This document shows, one piece after another, positions 18,153 to 30,136 of a DNA stretch of 64,000 nucleotides (positions are counted from its first letter, which is position 1; each line of letters starts with the position of its first letter). The stretch is from Flavobacteriales bacterium (GTDB lineage Bacteria; Bacteroidota; Bacteroidia; Flavobacteriales_D; Sanyastnellaceae): positions 15,359 to 79,358 of the forward strand of contig JBKCDO010000253.1 of assembly GCA_046304755.1 (NCBI GenBank), written 5' to 3'. The notes under the pieces are model-generated. The model was not told the DNA's origin. It saw only the letters and a program-made list of their open reading frames with translations, and ran no database searches. The translations under genes were made by a program, and so were the position numbers.

Positions 18153-21100
18153 TTGCTGCTAACCTTGATCCGGTATCGTGTTAAATATCTCCTTGTTGCC
18201 TGTTGTTTTCTTGCATCGTTGTGCACGGCCTTAGTGGCTGAAGGCCAATGGCGGCCTACTAAAACACGGCCGTTGGTCTGCACGTCCGATACGCTCTCGA
18301 TAGATAGTATGGCTGTTTTTCCGGGATCACTCATTGTTGTGCTGCGCGGTGACACGGTTTCCAAAACTTCCTATTTCTTGAATGAAATGAAGGCTCAAGT
18401 GTCTCACGGCCCTTGGAAAATGGGTGATACACTATCTCTGACCTATCGCACTCTTCCGTGGAAGGCGGGAGCGACCTTCTATAACAAGTCGACCTCCTTG
18501 ATACAGTCAGCTAACACATCTAAAATTCAGCCCTACGTCATCGGATCTTCTGCCGAGATGTCATTCACTGATGATCAGGGGATTCAAAAAAATGGTTCGA
18601 TTTCCCGTGGTGTGCTGTTCGGGAACAATCAGAATTTATCCGTCAACTCCACTCTCAACTTGCAGCTCAGCGGAAAGGTAAGTGAGGAAGTGAGCCTGCT
18701 CGCCTCTATTACCGACGACAACATTCCCATTCAACCCGCGGGCAATACGCAACAGCTGCAAGATTTTGATCAGGTGTTCATACAACTGTACAATCGAAAC
18801 TCGAAAGTGATCGCAGGCGATTTTCAATTGCGCAATCCTACCGGTTATTTCATGCGGTATTTCAAACGTGCACAAGGATTGTACGCATCTACTACACGGG
18901 GTGACTCACTCACGGGTACTCGGTTCTCGATGGAGACGTCAGCTTCTGTTTCCAAGGGAAGATTCGCGCGTAACGTTATACAAGGTATAGAGGGCAACCA
19001 AGGCCCTTACCGATTGAAAGGCGCAGACAATGAGCTTTTCATCATCGTGCTTTCGGGAACGGAGGTCGTCTACATCGATGGAAGAATACTGGAGCGTGGA
19101 ATGGATAAAGATTACGTGATCGATTACAACGCCGCTGAAATCACCTTTACGCCACGCAACCTTATCACCAAAGACCGACGAATCACAGTGGAATTTCAAT
19201 ATTCCGAAAGACGCTTCGCACGTCCGTTGTTGCAAGCCAATGTGCAATGGAAAAAAACAAAGTCAACCTCCTTCATTTCGGTTTATACCGAAGGCGATGC
19301 GAAGAATCAGCCGCTGCAACAGGCGTTATCGGAAGAAGATCGCGCCATACTGGCCGCAGGTGGTGACGATTTCCTTAGCGCCTATCGCCAGGGAGTCGAT
19401 AGTGTGGGATACCGTAACAATGAAGTGCGCTATGCCAAAGTGGATAGCCTGGGATTTGACTCCGTTTGGGTGTTTTCCGAAGATTCAACAGTTGCGCATT
19501 ACCGCATCAACTTCTCTTACGTTGGTCCGGGAAATGGTGATTATGTCGAGGCAGGTTTCTCAGCCAATGGACGCATTTATCGCTGGATTCAGCCGATATT
19601 CAACGGAGTGACTTATACCAAGCAAGGGAGTTACGCGCCCATCGTTTTGTTGTCTACTCCAAAAACCAATCAATTGGTTTCTGCCGGATATCAAACCAGG
19701 TTTGGAAAAAATGAACAGATGAAATGGCAAGTGGAAGGCGCCTTTTCACGGCAGGATCTCAACACATTTTCTACCCGTGATACCGGTGATGATTTAGGTT
19801 GGGCCGCGAAAAGTAACTGGTCCATTAATGATCGTGTTTTCACGGCGGATTCTGCGCGTGTATTTATCGACACGACGAAAAATGTCGTACACGGTATACG
19901 GGCTTCGTATGAGTTTGCGCACCGCTACTTCAAACCTATCGAACGATTTCGCGAAGTAGAGTTTCAACGTAACTGGAATTTAGGAACCGCACCGCTGACA
20001 GTTGATCAGCACATTGGTGGATTGACATGGGCTGTAGCAGGCAGGCGCTGGGGAAAGGTCATGTTGGGAAGCGACGTGCTGTTCATGCCGGATGATTATC
20101 GCGGAATGAAGGCAACTATCAACACCGCCATTAAGACAGCTTCGAAGTTTACAGCTGTCGCGAATGGGTCAGCGTTACAAACGGATGGAAGCGTGCAGTC
20201 GGTGTTCGTGCGCCATCGGGGCAAAATCACTCAGGATGTCGGTAAGCTGCGCTTCATGTTCACTGATGAGCATGAACGTAATTTGTTTCGCTCGGCAGAC
20301 ACCATTGAGAGTCGATCGTATGCGTTCTATGATTGGGAAGCCTCGGTTGGAACGGCCGATAGCGTGAAGCGCTCAGTGCGATTGTTCTACCGCGATCGCA
20401 TCGATCGAAAGATTGACGGCTCGCTATTGCAAGGAGCCGCCCGCGCAGATCAATATGGCGCGCAGTTCTTGTTGCGCGGGATTAACGACAGCCGGTTCTC
20501 ATTGCAAATCAGTAATCGCCGATTACGGGTTATCAATCCTGAGCTTTTCACTCAGGCACCGGAGAACACACTGGTCGGCAGATTGGAATACACTGCGAAA
20601 TGGTGGAAAGGTTTCGTTCAAAGCACCACTTTTTACGAGGTGGGATCAGGGTTAGAACAGCGCAGGGAATTTATCTATCTTGAAGTGCCTGCCGGACAAG
20701 GCGTTTACGTATGGATTGATTACAACAACAATCAGGTGAAGGAGCTCAATGAATTCGAGGTGGCCGCTTTCAGTTATGAAGCGAATTACATCCGAACGTT
20801 TGTACAGAGCAATGATTATGTGAAGACCTATTCAAATCAATGGAGCGAGTCGATAGCTCTTCAACCGGCCCGCATCATCAAGGGTAAACGCAAGGCGGGA
20901 AAATTTATCGGTCGTTTCAGCGCTAATTCCACCTTTCGAATTGATCGCAAGACATCACGGGAAGATGACTGGAATCGCTTCAATCCGCTGTTGATTGGTA
21001 TCAGTGATAGTGTTCTGCTAGCTACCAATGCGCTTTTGCGCAATGTGGTATTCTTCAACAAGGCTAATCCCAAATTCGGATTGGATTACACACGGCAGAC

Positions 21101-21665
21101 CAATCAAACCCGAAACCTCTTGAGCAATGGGTTTGAGAGTCGGAAGGATTTGTTGCAACAGTTCGGAATGCGCTGGAATTTTATCCAAACGCTCACGTTT
21201 TATTCGGAAGTCCGCAACGGAACAAAAAATGCGGCATCCGATTTTTTAACGGGTAGAAATTATACGATTGTCTATACCGCTATTCAACCGAAGATTACCT
21301 ACCAACCGGATCCAACGTTGCGCATGGGAGTATCTGCACTTTACAATGAAAAAAGGAATTCGGAAGGAACAGAAACTGCCGTAGTCAGGAAGTTGGCGGC
21401 GGACTGCACGCTGAATGCCTTGGAAAAGGGAAGCCTTCGAGGGGAAGTGAATTTTTATAGCATCAATTATTCGGGCTCATCCGGAAATTCGCTGGCCTTT
21501 GAAATGCTGGAAGGGTTGCAGCCCGGTTACAACTTCACGTGGGCCATTGGCTTTCAAAAGAACTTATCCGATGCCATTCAGTTGAATCTCCAGTACAATG
21601 GCCGAAAACCGATGTCGACTGAAATCATTCACGCGGGCAGCATGCAAATACGGGCAGTGTTTTGA
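18153..21665 (+). CDS. very large conserved-hypothetical outer-membrane protein (predicted beta-barrel)
   Basis: 1170-aa uninterrupted ORF. Only TTG starts (18153 or 18165) precede the signal-like segment YLLVACCFLASLCTALVA. Beta-rich alternating pattern throughout. It ends ...MQIRAVF (aromatic C-terminus typical of OM barrels). Confidence 0.7.
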   Translation: MLLTLIRYRVKYLLVACCFLASLCTALVAEGQWRPTKTRPLVCTSDTLSIDSMAVFPGSLIVVLRGDTVSKTSYFLNEMKAQVSHGPWKMGDTLSLTYRTLPWKAGATFYNKSTSLIQSANTSKIQPYVIGSSAEMSFTDDQGIQKNGSISRGVLFGNNQNLSVNSTLNLQLSGKVSEEVSLLASITDDNIPIQPAGNTQQLQDFDQVFIQLYNRNSKVIAGDFQLRNPTGYFMRYFKRAQGLYASTTRGDSLTGTRFSMETSASVSKGRFARNVIQGIEGNQGPYRLKGADNELFIIVLSGTEVVYIDGRILERGMDKDYVIDYNAAEITFTPRNLITKDRRITVEFQYSERRFARPLLQANVQWKKTKSTSFISVYTEGDAKNQPLQQALSEEDRAILAAGGDDFLSAYRQGVDSVGYRNNEVRYAKVDSLGFDSVWVFSEDSTVAHYRINFSYVGPGNGDYVEAGFSANGRIYRWIQPIFNGVTYTKQGSYAPIVLLSTPKTNQLVSAGYQTRFGKNEQMKWQVEGAFSRQDLNTFSTRDTGDDLGWAAKSNWSINDRVFTADSARVFIDTTKNVVHGIRASYEFAHRYFKPIERFREVEFQRNWNLGTAPLTVDQHIGGLTWAVAGRRWGKVMLGSDVLFMPDDYRGMKATINTAIKTASKFTAVANGSALQTDGSVQSVFVRHRGKITQDVGKLRFMFTDEHERNLFRSADTIESRSYAFYDWEASVGTADSVKRSVRLFYRDRIDRKIDGSLLQGAARADQYGAQFLLRGINDSRFSLQISNRRLRVINPELFTQAPENTLVGRLEYTAKWWKGFVQSTTFYEVGSGLEQRREFIYLEVPAGQGVYVWIDYNNNQVKELNEFEVAAFSYEANYIRTFVQSNDYVKTYSNQWSESIALQPARIIKGKRKAGKFIGRFSANSTFRIDRKTSREDDWNRFNPLLIGISDSVLLATNALLRNVVFFNKANPKFGLDYTRQTNQTRNLLSNGFESRKDLLQQFGMRWNFIQTLTFYSEVRNGTKNAASDFLTGRNYTIVYTAIQPKITYQPDPTLRMGVSALYNEKRNSEGTETAVVRKLAADCTLNALEKGSLRGEVNFYSINYSGSSGNSLAFEMLEGLQPGYNFTWAIGFQKNLSDAIQLNLQYNGRKPMSTEIIHAGSMQIRAVF

Positions 21666-21811
21666 TTTTTAAGTGCTCGATTTCAGCGACTTGATTGGCT
21701 CCTGCAAATTATTTCTATACATGATGTAACCTTTGAGCATGCAACCCGCGTTAAAGGTCCTGTAAGTTCTCATGTAGAGATATTAGATAGTTTAATTGTT
21801 TTCATTAACAG

Positions 21812-21839
21812 AAAGGTCACCTAACGGGGTGGCCTTTTT
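21812..21839 (+). terminator. rho-independent terminator
   Basis: AGGTCACC-taacgg-GGTGGCCT (8 bp, one G-U pair) followed by TTTTT. It lies 146 nt downstream of the stop at 21665. Confidence 0.75.
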
Positions 21840-21892
21840 GCTTGTGTGGTCAACTTTTGGGATGCATGTTTGTTTTGAAAAAAAAACAACTT

Positions 21893-22525
21893 ATGAAAAC
21901 CAATTTACTCATCCTAGGATTTTTAATGCTTACGGCTTTCAACGGCGCCGCACAGAATAATTCAGAAACCCTCGAAATCGGAAGTAGCGCACCGATGGTT
22001 GACTACAAAATGCAAGACATTTCCGGCGTAGAGTATTCGTTGAATTATTTGCGCGGACAAAAAGGTCTTTTGGTCATCTTCTCATGCAATGGGTGTCCAT
22101 TTGTTGTCGGAAGCGATGGCAGTGAAGGTTGGGAAGGGCGTTATGATGGCATTCGAACCTTGGCCGAAAAGAATGGAATTGGAATGGCCCTCATCAACAG
22201 CAATGAGGCGAAGCGCGATAAGGGCGACGATATGAAGAGTATGCAGGAGAGGGCAAAATCTCACGGATTTGGTCAGTGTAAATATTTATTGGATGTGAAT
22301 TCCAAATTGGCGAACGCCTTTTATGCGCGCACCACACCGCACGTTTATCTCTTCGATGCTGATTTGAAGCTCGTTTACAAAGGCGCGATTGATGACAACG
22401 TCGATGATGCTAAAGCGGTGAAAGAACACTACCTGAATGATGCCATCGAACAGTTGTCTTCAGGAAAGAAAATCAAAACTCCGGAAACAAAGCCTGTGGG
22501 CTGCAGCATCAAGCGCGTCGGTTAA
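21893..22525 (+). CDS. secreted thioredoxin-fold protein (redoxin/TlpA-like)
   Basis: ORF 21842..22525. ATG at 21893 gives the signal peptide MKTNLLILGFLMLTAFNGAA|Q. CxxC centre FSCNGCPFV. Thioredoxin-fold tail TTPHVYLFD. Confidence 0.75.
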   Translation: MKTNLLILGFLMLTAFNGAAQNNSETLEIGSSAPMVDYKMQDISGVEYSLNYLRGQKGLLVIFSCNGCPFVVGSDGSEGWEGRYDGIRTLAEKNGIGMALINSNEAKRDKGDDMKSMQERAKSHGFGQCKYLLDVNSKLANAFYARTTPHVYLFDADLKLVYKGAIDDNVDDAKAVKEHYLNDAIEQLSSGKKIKTPETKPVGCSIKRVG

Positions 22526-22923
22526 GGCTTTGCATTAGCCGGGGGAATCCACATGAAAAAGTGTGGATTATTCATGTAGGGCGTGATATCGCGCGTAGCT
22601 ATTAGCATGACCAAATCGGCGAGCCATAACACTCCGCCACCTCCGAAAGTGAGCGTGTAACCAATAGGCACTTTCACGTCGGTTCCGAGGTACAGGCGGT
22701 GCATTCCAAAAAGCCCAAGGGAAATGTCCAGTGCGATGGCTACCAAACGAGGATTCTCGCTTTGTTGAAGGAATTGCGCGGGCTCGAATCTGCCATCGTC
22801 AGTGGTATGAAACAACAGGCCGGCAAGAATTCCGCTCTCGACTTGCATGTCTTGTGCAAAGCAGGAATTGGCCCCGATTCCGGAACAAATCAAAACAAAG
22901 AGGACAATCAGACGCAGTTGCAT
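22522..22923 (-). CDS. TM2 domain-containing membrane protein
   Basis: 133-aa ORF with signal peptide (...NSCFA|Q) and the TM2 signature GLFGMHRLYLG followed by a second helix GGGGVLWLADLVMLI. Confidence 0.75.
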   Translation of the reverse strand: MQLRLIVLFVLICSGIGANSCFAQDMQVESGILAGLLFHTTDDGRFEPAQFLQQSENPRLVAIALDISLGLFGMHRLYLGTDVKVPIGYTLTFGGGGVLWLADLVMLIATRDITPYMNNPHFFMWIPPANAKP

Positions 22924-22963
22924 GGTTGAGAGTGCCTCAAATGTAAACTGAGATTCGCCTCGC

Positions 22964-24019
22964 TTATGTGAGAATCAACATCGCATCACCATAAGCCCAA
23001 AAACGGTACTTGTTTTTGATGGCCTCGTTGTACGCTTCCATGATCAAATCATAACCGCCGTAAGCCGTAACGCACATCAACAGCGCGCTTTCGGGTTGGT
23101 GGAAATTTGTAATCATACTGTCGGCAATGTTGAATTCGTAAGGGGGATAAATGAACTTGCTAATCCATCCGTCAAAAGGCTTCAGCATACGATCTGTGCT
23201 GACGCTGCTCTCAAACGCGCGCAGAACGGTGTTTCCAACTGCACAAACGCGGTGACCTGTCTGTAAAGCGTGGTTGACAACACGCGCTGTTTCTTCCGGA
23301 ATGATGCACTGCTCACTTTCCATTTTGTGCTTGGTGAGGTCTTCTACTTCTACCTGACGGAAAGTGCCCAGTCCAATATGCATCGTTAGTTCAGGCATGT
23401 GGACGCCTTTGATTTCCGCTCGCTTGAGCATCTCGCGGCTGAAGTGTAACCCTGCAGTTGGAGCTGCAACTGAACCTTCGTGCTTGGCGAAAATCGTTTG
23501 GAACCACTCTTCGTCTTCCGGCTGTACCGGACGGTTGATGTATTTCGGAATCGGCGTTTCACCCAGTTTGTAAACCAATGCTTTGAACTCTTCATGAGTG
23601 CCGTCAAACAGGAAACGCAATGTGCGACCGCGAGAAGTGGTGTTGTCAATCACTTCGGCAACGAGTTCATCGTTTTCACCGAAGTACAACTTATTTCCGA
23701 TGCGGATTTTACGGGCAGGATCCACAACGGTATCCCACAGCAAGCTTTGTGCATTGAGCTCACGCAACATGAAGACTTCAATCATGCTGCCTGTTTTCTC
23801 TTTATTACCCAGCATTCTGGCCGGAAAAACGCGGGTATTGTTGTTAACCATCACGTCTCCCTCCTCGAAATAATCGAGCACGTCTTTGAACATCTTGTGC
23901 TCGATTTTACCTGAACGCTTATGAACGACCATCAGACGGCTTTCATCGCGATGTTTGGCAGGCTGCTGAGCGATTAGCTCTTCGGGCAGTTTGTATCGAA
24001 ACTGACCCAGTTTCATCAT
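22964..24019 (-). CDS. queA: S-adenosylmethionine:tRNA ribosyltransferase-isomerase
   Basis: ORF 22964..24028 (TTG). First ATG at 24019 ([20 protein letters not shown]), with 24016 equally possible. Canonical QueA motifs [51 protein letters not shown]. Confidence 0.9.
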   Translation of the reverse strand: MMKLGQFRYKLPEELIAQQPAKHRDESRLMVVHKRSGKIEHKMFKDVLDYFEEGDVMVNNNTRVFPARMLGNKEKTGSMIEVFMLRELNAQSLLWDTVVDPARKIRIGNKLYFGENDELVAEVIDNTTSRGRTLRFLFDGTHEEFKALVYKLGETPIPKYINRPVQPEDEEWFQTIFAKHEGSVAAPTAGLHFSREMLKRAEIKGVHMPELTMHIGLGTFRQVEVEDLTKHKMESEQCIIPEETARVVNHALQTGHRVCAVGNTVLRAFESSVSTDRMLKPFDGWISKFIYPPYEFNIADSMITNFHQPESALLMCVTAYGGYDLIMEAYNEAIKNKYRFWAYGDAMLILT

Positions 24020-24116
24020 GGAAATCAATGCTGTAAGATTTAAAAGTGGCCCGCGAATGTACGCTTTTCAAAAGCCGTTGTAAAGGAAAACTTTACAAGC
24101 CATTGATAAACAGTGG

Positions 24117-24872
24117 CTAAGACGCCGTTTTTTGGAGTTCTGACAGCCTTTGAAGTAATTCATCCACGGAAAGTGCATCATTGACATGAAATGGATGACT
24201 GGCGACGCGGCGCAACGCTGTGAGGTGTGAGCCGCTCCCGAGATGTTGCCCGATGTCGTGGGCCAGTGAGCGGATGTAAGTGCCTTTGCTGCAGGTAATG
24301 TGAAAGTCTATGGAGAGATTCTCGAAGTGTGGAACTCGAAACTCATGCACTGTAATCGGAACCGGAGGCAAATCCACGCGCTCGCCTCGGCGGGCTGCCT
24401 TGTAAGCCCGTTTTCCGTCTATTTGTTTGGCAGAAAAATCGGGTGGGCGTTGCATGAGATTACCCGTGAGTGATAACGCGGCAGCGGTAATCGAATCGAG
24501 TGATAGATGTTCGGTCGGAAAAGCACCTTCAGGCGTAGTTTCCAAATCATAGCTCGGTGTGGTTTGTCCGAACTTGATACTTCCGGTGTATTCTTTAATT
24601 CCCGCCTGCAGGTGATCGATTTGTTTGGTCATTGCCCCGGTGCAAATCACGAGTAAACCTGTGGCCAGTGGATCGAGGGTTCCGGCATGTCCAACCTTGA
24701 ATCGTCTTTCATGGCCGTGCTCGTTGGGCGGAATTTCAATCGTGTGCTTTACAAACCCTTTGATTTTGTTGACTACATCAAAGCTTGTCCAGCCAAGCGG
24801 TTTGTCGACAAGCAATAGAGATCCATTTACAAACTCATCAATACTGGAGAAACTGTTGGCTTTTGGCGTCAT
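24117..24872 (-). CDS. truB: tRNA pseudouridine(55) synthase
   Basis: 251-aa ORF. LLLVDKPLGWTSFDVV and the catalytic-Asp motif GHAGTLDPLATG. Confidence 0.9.
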   Translation of the reverse strand: MTPKANSFSSIDEFVNGSLLLVDKPLGWTSFDVVNKIKGFVKHTIEIPPNEHGHERRFKVGHAGTLDPLATGLLVICTGAMTKQIDHLQAGIKEYTGSIKFGQTTPSYDLETTPEGAFPTEHLSLDSITAAALSLTGNLMQRPPDFSAKQIDGKRAYKAARRGERVDLPPVPITVHEFRVPHFENLSIDFHITCSKGTYIRSLAHDIGQHLGSGSHLTALRRVASHPFHVNDALSVDELLQRLSELQKTAS

Positions 24873-24935
24873 TCGGGTGCAAAAGTAGTGGATGAGGCAA
24901 GCGCAGAATCCAATAATTCATGTAGCTTTGAAAAC

Positions 24936-25433
24936 ATGAACCGACGTGTATTTTTCTACCTGCTATTGGCAGTTGCTATTGTAGCGTGTACTTCTCGAGC
25001 GGAGAAAGCCGCAAGCTATAACGATCGCATCATCGGACAGCAAAAGGCAATCGTAGAGGCGTTGGTGCAAATGGATTCTGCTTTTAGCGATACCAATGCG
25101 TCCAAGGAATTAGTCGGTTATCAATACGCCCATCTGCAAGCGAAGGTGAAACAAGCTATCCTTGGTTTGGACAGCATCGGACCTTTTCAGCAAGACCCGT
25201 CACTGCAGCTCTCCGCGAAGGAATTGTTCAAGGCTTATGAGCAATTAATCGATTCAGATTATAAAATGTTGGTAGAAATAAAACTTTTGCCGGCTGAAAG
25301 CGTAGACGTAGTAATTGTTGATACCAACTTTGCTGTTCAGGAACGCATTTTTATGCAATCTAAAATCGCACAAGAGCGATTCTATAAGGCTCAGGAGGAA
25401 TTCGGCAAGAAATACAATCTTGAATTCGAATAA
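24936..25433 (+). CDS. helical lipoprotein of unknown function
   Basis: ORF 24888..25433. ATG at 24936 gives MNRRVFFYLLLAVAIVAC (lipobox). The rest is predicted helical with no motif recognised. Confidence 0.55.
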   Translation: MNRRVFFYLLLAVAIVACTSRAEKAASYNDRIIGQQKAIVEALVQMDSAFSDTNASKELVGYQYAHLQAKVKQAILGLDSIGPFQQDPSLQLSAKELFKAYEQLIDSDYKMLVEIKLLPAESVDVVIVDTNFAVQERIFMQSKIAQERFYKAQEEFGKKYNLEFE

Positions 25434-25442
25434 CGTAAGAGC

Positions 25443-25922
25443 ATGAAAAAATCTATCGTTCTGATGTCGGTCATCGTTTTGACCGCTTCAGCCATTACCG
25501 CACAACGCGGTATGTTGGATAATGCAGTTGGAATACGTGCGGGTCTGGGCTCGGGAGTTACGTTTCAGCATTTTACCAATAATCGCAATGCCTTCGAAGC
25601 AATCGCTTATCAGCGATTCGGGGCGGCTAACCTCACCCTGTTGGCCGAGGCACACGAGCAAATGTTCGACGTGCGAGGCTTACGCTATTTCTATGGGGCA
25701 GGCGCTCACGTATGGATTTTTAATCAAAACTCCGTCCTACAGGACAATATTCTCCGCGAAAATTCCTACGCCCTGGGTGTAGATGCTATCGTCGGCATGG
25801 CCTTTTATTTACGCAGCTTGCCCTTACAATTCAGCGTTGACTGGAAGCCGGGTATCAATCTGCACGGCAGCCATTACATCGAATGGGATAGTGGCGGACT
25901 AAGCGCGCGTTACCGATTCTAG
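25443..25922 (+). CDS. small outer-membrane beta-barrel-like protein of unknown function
   Basis: 159-aa ORF. Signal peptide ...SAITA|Q, alternating hydrophobic beta pattern, C-terminal ...LSARYRF. Confidence 0.5.
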   Translation: MKKSIVLMSVIVLTASAITAQRGMLDNAVGIRAGLGSGVTFQHFTNNRNAFEAIAYQRFGAANLTLLAEAHEQMFDVRGLRYFYGAGAHVWIFNQNSVLQDNILRENSYALGVDAIVGMAFYLRSLPLQFSVDWKPGINLHGSHYIEWDSGGLSARYRF

Positions 25923-26044
25923 GGTTTGTGCGTTAAATCACGTTAAGCCAAGGAATTCCGCGCTTGCAAGTATTGATTTTTGTGGCGGAGAAATCGAAAG
26001 TGAATCAGGATAAAAACAGCTGATTTGCCGATTTTTGGAAGCCG

Positions 26045-27529
26045 ATGAAAAACCGTTACATCAAGTGGCTCGTGGTAAGCAGCGCTGTTGCTGTTGTGGG
26101 CCTGATTGCCATTCAGGTGTATTGGATTAGCAATGCGTTCACGCTGCGCGAACAAGAATTTTCTGATCATGTCAACGCTGCGCTGGCGCGTGTTACGAGG
26201 GAATTGGGTGAACGTGAAGCGGCAAGCAAAACCTCGGGTTCCGGTTCATCCTCCTTAAGTATCAGTGCGCCTGATAAGCAAAGTCTGGTGATTGATTATG
26301 GTGACGGCGAGGTGAGCGTGCTGCCTTCGTCAGAGTTGTCCACGTCAGCTGACAGTGTTTCTGCAGATCCACTTTCCAAGGCCGGTGTCAAGGATGCCGG
26401 AATTCTTTCGCAGTCGGGGATTTTGGATGATATCATGGGTGGACTGCTCGAACTGGATATCTACACCAGTGTGATCGATCGTATAGATACCCTGGTGCTG
26501 GATACCCTCGTCCGAAATGCGCTCATCGACCAAGGTATTCGAACAGAGTATTCTTATGGTGTGCTCAACAAATTGCAGCAGCCCGAAATTCTTCCCTACC
26601 AATCGAGCAGCGCACTAGAGCAGCTTCAGCGCGCCGGTTATCGCATCCAGCTATTCCCGGAAGACCCTATTGCCGACCCCAATTTCCTGTGCATTTGGTT
26701 TCCACGCGAACGACAGTATGTGCTGAGTATGATGGGCGTCATGCTGGTTACCTCGGCTGTCTTGATGTTGGTCATCATGCTGTTGTTTTCCTTCTCGATT
26801 AATGCAATTTACCGCCAGAAAAAACTGGACAACATCAAAAATGACTTCATCAATAACATGACGCACGAGCTCAAAACACCGATTGCAACAATATCCCTGG
26901 CGTGTGAGGCGTTGAGCGATCCGGATATGCGCACAGGTGAACAAGCGGTTTCGAGTTATGTCAATATGATTCGCGATGAGAATAAGCGTCTCGGGGTTTT
27001 GGTTGAAAACGTGCTGCGAACATCCATTTTCGAGCACGGTCAAATGAAGCTCAAGCATCAGCGCTTCGACCTGCATGATTGTATCCGTCAGGTAATCGCC
27101 AATATCGAAATACAAGTAAAAAATAAGCATGGCCGCATCATCACGCATTTCGAATCAACCAATCCCATTGTTTGGGGAGACCCTTTGCACATCACCAACG
27201 TGATTTATAATTTGATTGATAACGCCGTTAAGTACAGTGAAGCACAACCGCTAGTCGAAATTTCAACGAGCAATGAAGCTGGCGGCGTAGCCATTGCTTT
27301 CAAGGATAATGGTATTGGCATCAGCAAGGAAAATCAGCGTAAAATTTTTGACAAGCTATACCGTGTGCCAACCGGAAACATTCATAATGTCAAAGGATTT
27401 GGATTAGGGTTAAGTTATGTGAAAGGCGTATTGGAAAAACACGGCGGCACGGTTGATGTTATCAGCGAACCAAAGAAGGGAAGCACCTTCACTATTCATA
27501 TTCCATACAACCATGAAAAGGAAAACTAG
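26045..27529 (+). CDS. membrane sensor histidine kinase (HisKA + HATPase_c)
   Basis: 494-aa ORF. Two TM helices flank a Ser/Asp-rich extracytoplasmic segment. H-box NMTHELKTP. ATPase boxes NLIDNAVKY, DNGIGI, GFGLGLSYVK. Confidence 0.85.
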   Translation: MKNRYIKWLVVSSAVAVVGLIAIQVYWISNAFTLREQEFSDHVNAALARVTRELGEREAASKTSGSGSSSLSISAPDKQSLVIDYGDGEVSVLPSSELSTSADSVSADPLSKAGVKDAGILSQSGILDDIMGGLLELDIYTSVIDRIDTLVLDTLVRNALIDQGIRTEYSYGVLNKLQQPEILPYQSSSALEQLQRAGYRIQLFPEDPIADPNFLCIWFPRERQYVLSMMGVMLVTSAVLMLVIMLLFSFSINAIYRQKKLDNIKNDFINNMTHELKTPIATISLACEALSDPDMRTGEQAVSSYVNMIRDENKRLGVLVENVLRTSIFEHGQMKLKHQRFDLHDCIRQVIANIEIQVKNKHGRIITHFESTNPIVWGDPLHITNVIYNLIDNAVKYSEAQPLVEISTSNEAGGVAIAFKDNGIGISKENQRKIFDKLYRVPTGNIHNVKGFGLGLSYVKGVLEKHGGTVDVISEPKKGSTFTIHIPYNHEKEN

Positions 27530-28205
27530 AATTTTACTGTGCGAAGACGACCCAAACTTGGGCGCTTTGCTGAAAGATTATTTGAATGCCAAAGGCTTTG
27601 AGGCAGAGCTGGCGGTCGATGGCGTTGAAGGACTAAAAGCTTATCGCAGAAGCACGTTTGATTTTCTCATCCTGGATGTGATGATGCCGCAAAAGGACGG
27701 TTTTACCCTGGCGTCGGAAATTCGTCAAGAGGATAAGCACACACCCATTCTGTTCCTGACGGCAAAGAGCATGAAGGAAGACACGCTCGAAGGATTCAAG
27801 GCCGGTGGTGATGACTACATGACCAAACCTTTCAGCATGGAAGAGCTTCTGGCCAGAATTAATGCCATTTTGCGTCGTTCTGCGGCCTTGCCGGATGAAG
27901 ACGAAGAAGTTCAGTTCCACGTGGGTAACTACACATTCGACTATCATAAGCAACGCCTGAGCACTACCGGTTTTGAGGTAAAGCTCACCACCAAGGAAAA
28001 TGAGCTGATGTATTTGCTGTGTAAGAATAAAAACGGAGTTATGGAGCGCGGATATGCGCTCAAGGCTATTTGGGGCGATGACAACTATTTCAATGGCCGT
28101 TCGATGGACGTCTATATCGCCAAATTGCGCAAGCACCTGAAGAATGATCCGGCGGTGGAGATTATCAATATTCACGGTAAGGGATTCAAGTTGTTGGCGG
28201 CATAG
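27513..28205 (+). CDS. OmpR-family response regulator
   Basis: ORF 27453..28205. ATG at 27513 gives MKRKTRILLCEDDPNL and overlaps the kinase 3' end by 17 nt. FLILDVMMPQKDG. Winged-helix tail MDVYIAKLRKHL, GKGFKL. Confidence 0.9.
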   Translation: MKRKTRILLCEDDPNLGALLKDYLNAKGFEAELAVDGVEGLKAYRRSTFDFLILDVMMPQKDGFTLASEIRQEDKHTPILFLTAKSMKEDTLEGFKAGGDDYMTKPFSMEELLARINAILRRSAALPDEDEEVQFHVGNYTFDYHKQRLSTTGFEVKLTTKENELMYLLCKNKNGVMERGYALKAIWGDDNYFNGRSMDVYIAKLRKHLKNDPAVEIINIHGKGFKLLAA

Positions 28206-28317
28206 GGGAGTGGGCTGAGTTCCGAGCGTCAAGCCTTACCGGAAACTGTTTTGAACAGATTCACTAAAAAGTTTTTGAGTAGCGCATCTGAGCATTACTT
28301 TCGCGCCCGAATTTTAA

Positions 28318-29835
<1,518 letters not shown>

Positions 29836-29848
29836 TCCTTGACTCGTC

Positions 29849-30085
29849 ATGAAAGTTGAAATCATCACACCTGAACAAACCCTTTTCGAAGGAGACGGCT
29901 CATTTGTGTTCTTGCCCGGCAGCGATGGCAGTTTGGGCGTCCTCAACAATCACGCACCACTGATTTCTTCTCTGAAGAAAGGTGTGGTTCGGGTGAAGGA
30001 CAATGGCGGAAAAGAGCATCGATTTGAAGTGAAAGGCGGAACTGTTGAGGTGTTCAACAACAAAGTGACAATTCTCGCAGAATAA
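29849..30085 (+). CDS. atpC: F0F1 ATP synthase subunit epsilon (short form, beta-sandwich only)
   Basis: 78-aa ORF 13 nt after atpD. MKVEIITPEQTLFEGD...GVLNNHAPLIS...GGTVEV pattern of the epsilon N-terminal domain. Confidence 0.85.
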   Translation: MKVEIITPEQTLFEGDGSFVFLPGSDGSLGVLNNHAPLISSLKKGVVRVKDNGGKEHRFEVKGGTVEVFNNKVTILAE

Positions 30086-30106
30086 CCTTTAAAAAGAAGA
30101 ATATTG

Positions 30107-30136
30107 AAAGGTCGACTGAAATAGTCGGCCTTTTTT
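30107..30136 (+). terminator. rho-independent terminator after atpDC
   Basis: GGTCGACT-gaaat-AGTCGGCC (8 bp, one G-U pair) followed by TTTTTT. Confidence 0.8.

Noticed and set aside
26651-28232. Two long minus-strand ORFs (165 aa and 199 aa) opposite the second kinase/regulator pair.
   Set aside because: The sense-strand genes have unambiguous HisKA/HATPase and REC/winged-helix motifs. The antisense products are low-complexity with no recognisable features.
29849-30085. 78-aa ATP synthase epsilon lacking the C-terminal helical inhibitory domain, and atpDC separated from the other atp genes.
   Set aside because: As far as I recall, this is the normal arrangement in Bacteroidota rather than a peculiarity of this locus.
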